Positions 25,831 to 38,245 are shown, counted from the first letter of the whole stretch. The stretch is DNA of 63,937 bases, filler included, from Octopus bimaculoides (GCF_001194135.2; 7 parts of 6 records of this genome joined end to end with filler, not necessarily neighbours in it); one strand, 5' to 3'. Numbers and translations: made by a program. Notes: generated by a model not told the origin, from the letters alone.

Positions 25831-27824
25831 AGTAAAAGGTATAAGCCATGTAAGAAGATTAGCCTACCATCAACAATTACTCTCGCAAACAACTTACTGT
25901 GCACCATTTGCATCTAAGGTACACTTGTTATAGCTGATGTATAAGACGACCACCCCTATTGCAGGTGATTCAGATTAAAATGTTGTTTTATGTATCAACA
26001 TATACAACATGTTATAATTTGAAACCACAAAAAAATTATCTTTGATTTTCAATGCATGTCCTCTTACTGTAATTAATGTGTTTACTAGCCATATCCATAA
26101 TTGCTTTTACAATAATTTTAAAATGTAATTTTCACTAAAAATTATAACATCTGAAGTTAAATTTATAATTGAATGGTATTCTTTGATATCAATATTATTG
26201 ATAATCTTTAATCAGTTCTAAATCTGAAATTGAATTAAAAATGATCGAATGTTTGAGCAATGCTAATTTTATATTTTTTTTATATTTTCGTTTTCTATGA
26301 GGGTTCTAACTTTTTATAAGCAAAAGAAAAAATAACATACAAACATACTTACATTCAGTGTTAAGTTTTTGCTAGAAATAGTGCAAAAAAACAATCATAG
26401 AATTCCTTATACTGGCATGTGTCAACTTACATTGATTACTGGTTCCAAGATATGCGACTTAACTTAAAAAACAATGTAACACAAAAAATAATTTTTAAAA
26501 AATTTAATCTGTTTTAATAAATGATTTGTACATATTTTGACGTGTATTTTATTTGATTTTCCACATCACTATTGGTATTTAAGTGTTTTGCTGCTTTTTA
26601 AAAAAATTTTATGTTTTTAAATATGTTTTCCTTTAAATATGACAAACATAAAATCAGGTAAATCAACTTAAGTTGGGGTTTATTTTCCCACTAATTTAAA
26701 AAAAAAAAAATCATGTGGAGTCGGAAAACATGTAATTTGAAACAACAAAAAGTGAGATATGCCTGTAAAACAATATATATTTTTATTATTATCCAAACAC
26801 ACTTTTTCCAATCTAGTATAAAGTGTAGGAATTTGGGCATATTTGTATATTGTGAATATTTCTATTTTAAGGTGATGTCATCTACTCTTAGAGTGACATC
26901 ACTAAATTTATTTCATGTGTTCTACTCTGAATCATGTCATCATTAAATATTTAGAATGTGGTGCTGTATCTAACTACATTGGACAAAATGCTTAGTGGAA
27001 TTTTTCCAGCTTTTTACATTCTGAGTTCAAATTCCACCAAGATCGTATGTTTCTACAACAGACAAAATACTTAGCAACATTTTTTTATGGTTCTTTACAT
27101 ATTACGTTCAAATTCCACTAGGATCAACTTTGTCTGTCACTCTTAAGGTTAATAAGTACTAGAGTAGATATCATTGACATGCCCCCTTCTAAAATTACTG
27201 GCCTTATACTTAAATTTGAAACTATTAATACTTCTTATTGGTTTTCTGATCTTTCATCCATCTGGTGTCATACCATTCCTTCACCTCGAAATTGCTAGCT
27301 TTGTGCTTCAGTTAGAAACTTATTATTTCTTGTTGGCCAGTAGGATGATTTACATTCAATAACATTGGTATAGTCAGGCAAACAACTTGCATCTGGTCAG
27401 ATTATGACATATATTTATATATTTACATAACTTGAAGGTTGAAAATAATATTTTGGGAATTTAGATCACAAGAGCTCAATCTATTCCTCTTCAGTGGAAT
27501 AGATTGCCACTAAAATGCTGCTTGTAGACTGCTTGTAAGGAATTGCACCAATTGCGCATTTATTCATGAAACAGGTGTAAGGGCTATTTGCACACACACC
27601 TTCATTAACCTACTATCTAATATCAATAATACGGACTTCCCTTATAATTGTTCCAGGAGAATACCAGCATATATCACAATCATGATGAACATGCCTCAAC
27701 TGATCTTTTATTTATTTCTTGTGATCTAAACTCCTAAAACATTATTTTAAATCTTCAAGTTATGTAAATATATAAACTTCATAATCTGATCAGATTCCAA
27801 TTGTCTGTCTGCCTACACCTTATT

Positions 27825-27864
<40 letters not shown>

Positions 27865-27899
27865 CAAATGAATAATAACATACAAGGGATAATTGTCAA

Positions 27900-27979
27900 C
27901 TCATTACAGCTGTTTCTTACACATCTTTTTAATAGAAGAACGAGAACATTACTACAAAAGATTGTAATCATCAGATGAG
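27900..27979 (-). ncRNA. Minimal type-I hammerhead ribozyme motif, intact core
   Basis: CTCAT-CTGATGA-ttacaatctttt...aaaagatgtgtaa-GAAA-CAGCTG-TA^ATGAG. Stem I is 5 bp, stem II is 5+7 bp, stem III is palindromic and the cleavage triplet is GUA. The 10.1-11.1 pair is U-A rather than G-C. Confidence 0.75.
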
Positions 27980-28329
27980 AAGTAATTTTACAAATGAAAG
28001 AGTATCCCAAGAATACAGCAGGGATGTGGCCCTACTGTTGAGGCCAACTATGAAATAGGAGACTGACCAACTGAGTTGGCTGTTGAGGTTGAGAATATAG
28101 TTCTTGAAAATGTGTAATATGATATCTAAGATCAGTGACCCAGTGAGAAAGGAGTCTGCTAGACTAGTTCATAGGTAGACTGGAGCGGGGTGTACATATT
28201 TTATTATAGTAGGCTTAGAGCAGTGGGAAGTAAGGAAAGGTCAGTCTCCCATTTGATAGTTGGCCTCGACAGACTTTTGCCGCATACCTGCTGTATTCTT
28301 GGGATATTCTTTTGTTTGTAAAATTATGT

Positions 28330-28415
28330 TTCATCTGATGATAACGATTTTTCTGTAATGGAGTACTGTTCTGATTCTTCTATTAAAAAGATGCATAAGA
28401 AACAGTTGTAATGAG
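28330..28415 (+). ncRNA. Minimal type-I hammerhead motif, intact core, weak stem II
   Basis: TTCAT-CTGATGA-...-GAAA-CAGTTG-TA^ATGAG, on the same strand as the MBOAT7 pre-mRNA. Confidence 0.6.
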
Positions 28416-29232
28416 CTGACAATTATCCATCATCTGTTATTATTCATTTGATTATAATACACCGAGGGGATTTACTTATTGGACACCCTAGAATATACCA
28501 ACAACGTACTATTCAATGTAATGCATGATTTGGACTAGGTGCTAAATACACAGCCAGAATATCCTATTTGATACTTACCAACCATAGGCCGGAACCACAG
28601 GTTTATCCAACCCCACCTGCTGCATATCTTTTCAAGTACCTGATTCTATCTGAATCCTTATTTTACTATATATTTTTCATCACCATCATCATCATTTAAC
28701 AGCCATTGTTCATGCTGGCATGGGTTGGACAGTTTGACCAGAGCTGGCAAGCTGGGGAGCTGCCCCAGACTCCAGTCTGATTTGCATGGTTTCTACAGCT
28801 GGATGCCCTTCCTAATGCCAACCACTTTACAGAGTATGCTGGGTGCTNNNNNNNNNNNNNNNNNNNNNNNNNNNNNNNNNNNNNNNNNNNNNNNNNNNNN
28901 NNNNNNNNNNNNNNNNNNNNNNNNNNNNNNNNNNNNNNNNNNNNNNNNNNNNNNNNNNNNNNNNNNNNNNNNNNNNNNNNNNNNNNNNNNNNNNNNNNNN
29001 NNNNNNNNNNNNNNNNNNNNNNNNNNNNNNNNNNNNNNNNNNNNNNNNNGTGCTTTTATATGGCACTGCACAAGTGCTTTTATGTGGCACCGCCAGAAGA
29101 ATTGGACTTAACACTTCTGCTGTGGCATACAGGTCTTCTTGAGTATGGCAAGGAGCCAGGCATCTCAATCCTTTGTCATCTTGCCTGAAAGGTTTAATGT
29201 CTTAAGGTCATTCTTTAGTGCTTCATATATCC

Positions 29233-29265
<33 letters not shown>

Positions 29266-30744
29266 TATATATATCCCTGTGTTGTTGTTTAACTAGGTCT
29301 TTCTTCATTAAACAAAATTATGATCAAAAGTATTCCAGCCATGATAATTGCATCTTTTAGAGGTTACTGGGCATTACATTGTATTCATCATTGTTTTAGA
29401 AAATGGTATCTAACTTAAGAGAAATTCAGCTGCTGTTTCTAGTAAATTAAGCAACCATGTAGAAGCATCCCTCTCCCCATTGTCCTGTATTGTAGAATTG
29501 TTAGCAAAGTACACCAAAATATAATTGTTATAACTAGGATTTAAAATATTTGACATAGTGTTTTTAACTGTTTGTGATGGATGGGTCATCAGTAAAATAG
29601 GTCACAAGTTTATAATTAATTGCACTGTGATATATTCACACACGAGGTACAACACTTGCCTCAGTCAACTGCTAACATAAGAATCATTGCAATTTCATGG
29701 TTGAGAAAGGACATCTGGTGGTAAGAATAAATTCTCGATAATTCTTGTTCATGCCCGAATTAGCAAATCCGCTCAACAAAATTAATATGGAGAAAGCCAG
29801 TGTAGATGTTAAGAAACCTGAAAAATATTTAAAAAAAAAAAAAAATGGCATGGCTGCTATCAAATTCTTTTTTTTTTTTTTTTTTTTTTTTCCTAGCCTT
29901 CAATCAAAGTTGAATCTGTGTGAAGTATCTGTAAAGAGGTCGGGCTTATTGATCTCTAGCTTAACATTCTGGAGGTCTTGTGATACACATCTCTGTGTTT
30001 TTTTTTTAGTTTAGTTTAGTTTTTGATTTTGTTTTTGTTTTTTTTTGTTTTTGCCGTTATAATATTCTATACTCACAATGAAATATACATCTTATCATTT
30101 TTGGAAATTTATGGGGTTTTTTTTTTTTGGTTTTTTTTCTTCTTTTTACCTTACTTGGATTTCTTTTGTTACCTTAGTAGTGTATGGTTTCTTTTATACT
30201 TTTATTTTTCATGGCGTCATATACATGCGCACGTGCATATGTGCATGTGCATGCATATATAACATGAGAATGTTGCACAAGTCTCTGCTTCTCATTTCAC
30301 TAACAAAACAAACACAAAAGCTTGGATGGTTGGCAACAAAGGCAACTGAGAATGAATTGGAAACTTCAGGTTAGATCTAATGCATTAATAGCATGTGTTT
30401 CTTAGTTTCCAAGCAGCTATTACTCAGTGAAGGTTGCTTTTACTAGATATTATTATGACTGAGTTGCTTTTTTTATTTTTTATTTTTTTTTTGCTTATGT
30501 TGTATACCTTTTATTGAAGTGGCTCACCAATTGGATTGTACTCATTTCTTCTATCAGAAGTTTCCTGTCGGACCACTTCATTACAGGATGTGCCAACAAG
30601 CATCATCCACATGCAAGCTAGCCATTTCATGTCAAACATCAGTACTTTTGAGAAACTGCAAACCTCCTCCAATAGTTCATGTTAGCTTCACCTTTTTGAA
30701 CAACCATTGCACATATCAATGAAACAGCCTTCCCTTGACTTAGA

Positions 30745-30975
30745 ACATCATCATCATCATCGTTTAACGTCCGCTTTCCATGCTAGCATGGGTTGGACGA
30801 TTTGACTAAGGACTGGTGAACCAGATGGCTACACCAGGCTCCAATCTGATTTGGCAGAGTTTCTACAGCTGGATGCCCTTCCTAATGCCAACCACTCCGA
30901 GAGTGTAGTGGGTGCTTTTACATGCCACCAGCATGAAGGCCAGTCAAGCGGTACTGGCAACGGCCACGCTCACGC
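30745..30975 (-). mobile_element. SINE family C, relatively young copy. Related decayed copies at about 22190-22450, 28680-29160, 32500-32700 and 37385-37590.
   Basis: (CAT)n-cgtttaacgtccgctttccatgctagcatgggttgg...ctggatgcccttcctaatgccaacc is shared among the copies. Confidence 0.75.
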
Positions 30976-31014
30976 AAATAAAACTTCAAGAAGCTAATAA
31001 TTACATATGATCAA

Positions 31015-31220
31015 CCCAGCAAGCTGGCAGAATTGTTAGCACACCAGTAAAATGCTTAGCAGCATTTCATCTATGTTCTGAGTTCAAATTCAACTGAGGT
31101 CAACTTTGTCTTTCATCCTTTCTGGGTTGATAAAATAAGTACCAGTTAAACACTGGGGTCGATGTAATCAATTTACTTCACCCCTAAAATTGCTGGCCTT
31201 TTGCAAAATTTGAAACTAAT
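31015..31220 (+). mobile_element. Family A SINE, CpG-decayed
   Basis: Consensus match with gtcaac and ggttgat variants. Confidence 0.8.
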
Positions 31221-33314
31221 AATGACATATGATAATGTATAATCATAGCCAAAGCTGTATTCAAAAGATTTTATCAGAGCCAGAAAATAGGACAGGTTTA
31301 ATAAATATTCAGAGCTGTATATTACAGCATTGAACTGTTATTGACCTTCTACAAGACAAATGTGATTCTGAGAGTATTGATCACGTATTTGGGATAGGGT
31401 AGTTGTTACTCTCTCTCCCTCCCACCCAACACACAGCTCTTCTAGATCATATTCAAAATAAGATTATTCAACTGATTGAGACCACCCCACTACCACTCAC
31501 CTATACACCATACAGCCACTAGCTCACCTATAAAATATATTCACCCTGTGTCTCTTTTACTCATACTACAACTGTTCCTGCTTTTCAAAATTAGCTAATT
31601 AGTACATTTCTACATAACACCTGATACTCTCTCATCTCCTCATCTTACCCTTGATACTGTGTTGAAGATAGAAAGTCATATTTTTTTGAGCATTACACAT
31701 AAAAATACAGTTTCATTAATATACAGAAATACATTCAACAAGTTGAAAGAAACGAGAAGTAAAAGGAATTAAATTTCTACATTAATTTATTATGTACATT
31801 TTGGCATTTATAGAACAGTTAGAAATAAAGTCATTTCCTCGTAGAGAATTACGACTTAAAATTTATACTAAATAATCTTTCATTCTAGCTATAAGAATTC
31901 ACAACAATTCCATATTATTGGATTTGAGTATTGAACATGGCATAAATATTAGCCAATACTCAAGAGGGTGAGTGTCGTGGATTTGAGTGTCAGTCCAATG
32001 ATCACTTGAGTGAGTGTCATGGATTTGATTTACAACTCAACAATCACTGGAGAGTTTTCTGAAAAATCAGGATTTTTATAACTGCTCATACACGAATCCT
32101 GGAACCGTACCTCGTGAAAGACCTCTTCAACGAAGTTCAGAATTTGTATATGGGCAGTAATTTTTAACCAATGAGAAATCAATAATTTCTCATGTTCGGA
32201 CAAATGAGCCTACGTTCTCTCTCCATGTCTTATGAGTTTGCTACAATACTAAACACTTCTCCTAATCCTTTCATCCCTGTCCATATTTTGTGCAACAGAT
32301 AATCTATAGAGGTTCAAACAGGACATCAATCAATATTGATGTCACCAGTCTAGGAAAACCATCAAAGGCTATGGATTCTACTCACTGACTTTCAGACTAA
32401 ATAATTTAATAAACTTTTTTTTCTTCATGTCAAAGCCAAAGGAAACTGGAAAGAAGAGTTATATGTAAAATTATAATTTTGCTTGAAATTAAATCGAGCA
32501 ATTTGTCATCATCATTTTAACATTCACTTTTCCATGCGCACATGGATCAGATGGAATATTCTACAGCAGGATGCCCTTCCTGTTGCCAACTCTTACCTGA
32601 TTCCAACTAAGGTAATATTTCCTCCAAGACCAGTCATATTTTTTTTACAGAATATTGGAAACAAAGGATATCACTTGCATCATGGTGATACTCATATACA
32701 ACTATCACATGATGTCAAGACAAGGATACACAAACACACACACACGCATGTGTGTGTATGAGTGAGTGGACAAATGAAAGAAAGGCACTCAACCAATTTA
32801 CTGGGAGTTACATGTATGGATCAAAACAGTTTGATTCAAATTTGCTGGTACTCTTGAGTTTCAAGCACGATGTGCCAGTTGTCGACCATTTTGAAATTGT
32901 ATGACAGAAGTTGATTGTTATTACCATAAGGTGGGCTGCAATTGGTCGAGGAAGGTTACACGGCGTGATGATTTGATGTTGATATATGGGTAACAGTTAG
33001 TTGGAAAATACTGCATGGCAAACAGGAAATTGACCACGTGGAGGACAGGGAATAGACTAGAAGTCAGTCAGGTCGTGGAGAGTAAGAAGGGGCAGCATGT
33101 GCAAGTATATAGTTTTGTATGTGGGTGTGCAGGCACGCACATATAGTTTTGCATGCATGTGTATATTGATGTGAGTGAGCGCATCTGGGCATGGGCACAT
33201 GCATGTCTGCACACATACACACGCTTGGATGAACATGCACACACACATACATCTTCATTCAAATACACACACACACACACGCATATATATATATATATAT
33301 ATATATAAAAGACC

Positions 33315-33868
33315 GGATCTTTTTTAAAACGGGGGCCACATTTTTCATTAATGTTTTACGTAGTGTTTTTGGTACCGGAAGACTTTCAAACTTCGTATAC
33401 TTATCTATTTTGTGTTATAGAACAGAAAAATATTTTTGGATTCGAATTTATTTCATGTAAAAAATTGTCTTATTTCGATAATTTCAACCAATCACTGACG
33501 TCCATTCAGCCGATATACATTAAGTGCCGACTACATAAACAAACGATTCTTCGTTTTATTTGCTTTTTTCATTTTAAATTTGCTTTAACCCTAACCCTAA
33601 CCCTAACCCTAGGGTTAGGGTTAGGGTTAATTGTTTCAGAATCATTTGTTTATGTAGTCGGCACTTAATGTATATCGGCTGAATGGACGTCAGTGATTGG
33701 TTGAAATTACAGAAATACGACAACTTTAACATGGAATAATTTATGGATTTCTTTTTTTTTAAAGAAGACTAAGAGAAAAAGATGTTTTATATGACACATT
33801 CTACCAGTGTTCCAAGTTTCAAATTGTTTCGTTAATGAAAAATGTGGCCCCCGTTTTAAAAAAGATCC
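33315..33868. mobile_element. Merlin-like MITE with telomeric-repeat core, copy 2 (inverted relative to copy 1)
   Basis: Perfect 37-bp TIR GGATCTTTTTTAAAACGGGGGCCACATTTTTCATTAA and 8-bp TSD AAAAGACC. Inner 71-bp inverted repeat (33480-33550 / 33638-33708, 1 mismatch). Core (TAACCC)4-T-(AGGGTT)3. Confidence 0.9.
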
Positions 33869-34317
33869 AAAAGACCTCATAAAAGAGAATGGAGAATTAT
33901 ACATCTTCAAAACTTGTTTATAACAGTATTCTATACACTATATTCACATTAGATTAGTGACTGAAATCTAACGTGAATATGAATATGATTTCTCAAATAC
34001 TGAAATAAACAGGTTTTGGAGATGTATAATCCACCATTCTTTTTTATGTTGTCTTCAATATATACTCTGCATGCTGTATAAAATCCTAGGAAGCAAACTC
34101 AGGGTTTACCTGTTGAATGAAGCATTGTGTAATTGTTTACCTTAAACAAGTTTATGTGTTCCTGTCAGTTGATGTGGTTATTAATAGTACCCATAACATT
34201 AACAGGTCCTTCAGATATCTGGCAAGGCTTACCACCCAAAGAAAATTTATATAACTGTATATTTGATTTTCAGATTGTATATACACAAATATATTTTGAT
34301 TCTTATTTAAATTTCAG

Positions 34318-34468
34318 ATGATTGGCCTTGCATTTGAGATCCATGACACAAAGTATCCACCAAGACAAGGAGAAAGTAATAACAAATTATTGAAGCTTTA
34401 TCAGAATGTTGACCCTGGTGTCACAGATATCTTCAGCTATGCTTATTGTTACATGGGCCTACTGGCAG
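34318..34468 (+). CDS. MBOAT7: Next coding exon of the MBOAT7-like gene (151 nt, phase 0 in, phase 1 out)
   Basis: Acceptor aatttcag| and donor gcag|gtaaga. Translation MIGLAFEIHDTKYPPRQGESNNKLLKLYQNVDPGVTDIFSYAYCYMGLLA(G) resembles recalled MBOAT7 LVSLASEVQD...SYSYCYVGIMTG. It is in phase with the 19147-19273 exon. Confidence 0.92.
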
Positions 34469-35356
34469 GTAAGAGTTTATCTTCTCTTGATCTAATGACA
34501 TGACAATAAGTGGCAAAAGTTGAAAATGTTATTAGATTTTGTCTTGAGTGATATTCTTTATTAGATTTAGAAAATTGAGGTTGTAAGTTCACCCAGTTAT
34601 GTTGCTGGTTGTATTTTTTTCTTTCTCATTTTTAAAAACTTTTGTTCATGGAAACTAGTGATTGTTGGTTATTACAAAAGACAATGAATACAGTATTTTC
34701 CAGGCATACAAGTCAACATAGTATGTTGTGTGTAAACATTCAAACATTATCACTATATTTCCAAATCCTGTTGTATTCCATGTGGAATTTTTGGTTCTCC
34801 AAAGTCATCTTGGTGTATAAGTTGACCTACCACTTTTGGCTGTAAATTTTGGTCTACAAAACATTGACTTGCATGCCAGAAAATATAGTAAATGAATTAT
34901 TTGCAATATTTATGATTGAAAAAAAAAATCACTTTTTGAGATATAGAAGCAGCTCTCAATATCTCTTGATATGGTAAAGGATCAATAGGTTATATTGAAG
35001 AAGCATATATATATATAGGCTATATTGAGGTTGTGAATTTTTGTTCATTTCTGAGCTGAGCAGTTTAAATATAATGAGAATACTCTGTTGAGCCAATGCC
35101 CAAAATCCTAAATTTGCTAAGCCTATTCACCTTTTAGCACTTATACTGGTTATATGTGGCCCAAATAATTTATCTATTTTCTATTCAAACTGACCTTCAA
35201 AGAGATCTTCTTTCTCACAGTTACCTACAATGTCATCCTAAAAATAAACAATCTCATCATTGAAATCTCAAAGCTACAAGATTAACTTAAAACAATGTGA
35301 ATAAATATGCATTACATTTGACAGAGTAATCGGAATGTCAAATTTTAAAAACATCA

Positions 35357-35397
<41 letters not shown>

Positions 35398-35986
35398 AGT
35401 AAAATCCTATTACCTCAAAAATGAATAGAAAATAGGTAAAATATTTGGGTCAGATATGGCCGGTATAAATGCTAAAAGGTTGATAGGCTTAGCAAATTTA
35501 GGATTTGGGGCATTGGCTCTTGTAATACTTGAATAAACATCTTTCTTCCTATTCAAACATAGTAATTTAAACATGTCAGCTCTTATTGAGCATTCACTCT
35601 GTGGTTATTATCATTTTTTTCTTTTTTTTTCTTTTGCTCAGAAATATCATTTTTCAGTATCAGTAACAGTTCCTCCCATGCTCTTGAGCACTTGAGCAGC
35701 AAGCTGATGCCACTGGTTTCTGTTGGCTACTGATTTTTCTACATCTGGCCATGTAATATTAGCTTCTCTCATGTCGGTTATGAATGTTCTGTGCCATGAT
35801 GCTTTCAGTCATCCTCTCTTTCTTTTTCCCTCTAGTAGTGTCCTTTTGATAGCTGTTTTAGAATGGCATTTTTTCTGGTAGCCTAGATTAAACCTATTGG
35901 TTTTAATCGCTGTTCTCTGATGGTTTCAGTATCATATTTAGGAATACATTATACATTGTCTTTTAAGACAGCAAGATTTTATTTAA

Positions 35987-37113
35987 CCCTTTCGTTACTG
36001 GCTGAAAAATTTTTTGGTTCATAAGACTAACTCGGCCGTAGCCGGCCGAGCGTACCCATTGTTATTTAAATGTATATTTGAACCCAAATCTCGTTAGTAC
36101 ATTCGTTAAAACACCTGATTTCACTTTGCAAACAGTTGAGTTATTGTCTCCCACATTGTTTGGTGTGATATTTGAACTCAGTGAATTTTGGAAGATTTTT
36201 TTCCACATTTTTTGCAGCGTTAATTTTTTTCAACTTTGAAGATGGAGAGGAGTTTCATGCTATCAAGCAGTGATTCCGGATTTGAAGGTTTTTCAACAGA
36301 AGATATGGAGATATCGAAGAAAAGAATGAATGAGCTACAAAAGCATGTGGTGAACGATAATGAATCGGATATTTCTGNNNNNNNNNNNNNNNNNNNNNNN
36401 NNNNNNNNNNNNNNNNNNNNNNNNNNNNNNNNNNNNNNNNNNNNNNNNNNNNNNNNNNNNNNNNNNNNNNNNNNNNNNNNNNNNNNNNNNNNNNNNNNNN
36501 NNNNNNNNNNNNNNNNNNNNNNNNNNNNNNNNNNNNNNNNNNNNNNNNNNNNNNNNNNNNNNNNNNNNNNNNNNNNNNNNNNNNNNNNNNNNNNNNNNNN
36601 NNNNNNNNNNNNNNNNNNNNNNNNNNNNNNNNNNNNNNNNNNNNNNNNNNNNNNNNNNNNNNNNNNNNNNNNNNNNNNNNNNNNNNNNNNNNNNNNNNNN
36701 NNNNNNNNNNNNNNNNNNNNNNNNNNNNNNNNNNNNNNNNNNNNNNNNNNNNNNNNNNNNNNNNNNNNNNNNNNNNNNNNNNNNNNNNNNNNNNNNNNNN
36801 NNNNNNNNNNNNNNNNNNNNNNNNNNNNNNNNNNNNNNNNNNNNNNNNNNNNNNNNNNNNNNNNNNNNNNNNNNNNNNNNNNNNNNNNNNNNNNNNNNNN
36901 NNNNNNNNNNNNNGCGAACTTTGAGACAAAAATTAGGCAATAGAATTGATTAAGAACCCTTTCTTTAATTATGTTCCAAATATCACATTAATATGTTGAT
37001 AAATAAAAAAGTTACAGGTGTTTAATGAGACTAGTCTAAATTCATGATTATTTTAGAATTTAATTGAAACTCATGAGGGGTGTATTTTGGTCAGAAATAT
37101 AGTAACGAAAGGG
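35987..37113 (+). mobile_element. Non-autonomous piggyBac element retaining the transposase 5' end (partly in an N gap)
   Basis: TTAA TSD on both sides and perfect 13-bp TIR CCCTTTCGTTACT. The acidic ORF start at about 36236 (MERSFMLSSSDSGFEGFSTEDMEISKK...DNESDIS) is typical of piggyBac N-termini. Confidence 0.8.
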
Positions 37114-38021
37114 TTAAAGGAAATTTTGCCTATATTTGTAGAGGCATCTTTGTTGGTTTGTGGCTTAAAGCATATTGCGGAAAAGTTGATCTAAGCAGTC
37201 ATATGTTCAAAGCCTGTTCTAACCCTTTAGTACTTAAACTGGCCATATCCAGCTTACATATTCTCCCTGTTTGGTGTTCAAATGAGACAGATCCAGCCTC
37301 TCATACCAACTGTACAATGTCATTCTAAAAATAGTCACTTCCTCAAAATCTCAAAGTTTCAAAATAATGCATGATAAATTTCATGACCACCATCATCATC
37401 ATCATCTGTATCATCATTTAGCATGTTTTCCATGCTGGCATGGGTTACATGATTTGACTGGAACTGGTAAGCCAGAGAGCTGTTCTAAGGTTTCAGTCTG
37501 ATTTTGGCTTGGTTTCTACAACTGGATGCCCTTCCTAATGCCAACCACTCTAAGAGTGTAGTGGATGTCTTTTATGTGTCACCATCACAGGTGCCTCTCA
37601 GAAGACGCTCAAATTGTCCACGACTTTGATTTCTCTTGACATGATGAGTCTTCTCAAGCACAGCAAACTGCCAAAGTTTTCAATCATTTGTCATTGCCTC
37701 CATGAAACCCAACATATGAAGTTCATGCTTCACCACCTTGTCCTATGTCGACTTCTTCCACAAGTTCCTTCTCTAGTTAGGGATTGGTACTTCTTTATGC
37801 AGCTGTCCTCATCCATACACATGTCCTTGTCCATAGAATAACCATTACACTTGACAGAGTAATCTGAATGCATTATGATGTTATGATGTTTACTTTAGTT
37901 AACAAACCTCCTTTTAAAACTGAGTGTTAGATGTCTTAACTATTCAATTTCTTTTAAATGGCATAAATGTATTGAACTTCCTAGTTACACATGCTGCATA
38001 AAAAGATGTAAAATATCTCAA

Positions 38022-38245
38022 CCCTTTCATTACCATATTTATTTTGAAATGCTCTGTGTTTCTTTCAGTTAATTCTAAATATTTACTAAAGAATTTAGTA
38101 AAATAACTTAGTTATCTTTAAGCTAGTTTTAGGAACATAAATTGTGACTTAGGTTTGGTGAAAGATTTTAATTCAAAACTTACGAAGACAAGACATTTGT
38201 ACTACAGAGCCAGAGCTATTTTCAGCTGGGTTGCTATTGAAAAGA
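38022..38245. mobile_element. Second piggyBac-type MITE family, decayed
   Basis: tcaa-ccctttcattacc...attgaaaaga-ttaa termini resemble the TIR of 35987-37113. Confidence 0.55.

Larger units (their letters stand above)
27859..28456. mobile_element. Fold-back element of about 600 bp (arms about 210 bp), Penelope-like, with a hammerhead in each arm
   Basis: 27859-28067 matches the reverse complement of 28241-28456. The left end abuts (TA)n. Confidence 0.85.

Noticed and set aside
32800-33060. Possible degenerate Penelope GIY-YIG coding remnant
   Set aside because: There are only weak motif echoes (PVVDHF, GQFP) on opposite strands, which are not consistent with each other.
33586-33630. Ancient chromosome-fusion scar
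   Set aside because: A fusion gives TTAGGG followed by CCCTAA. Here the order is reversed and the tract is inside a TSD-flanked element.
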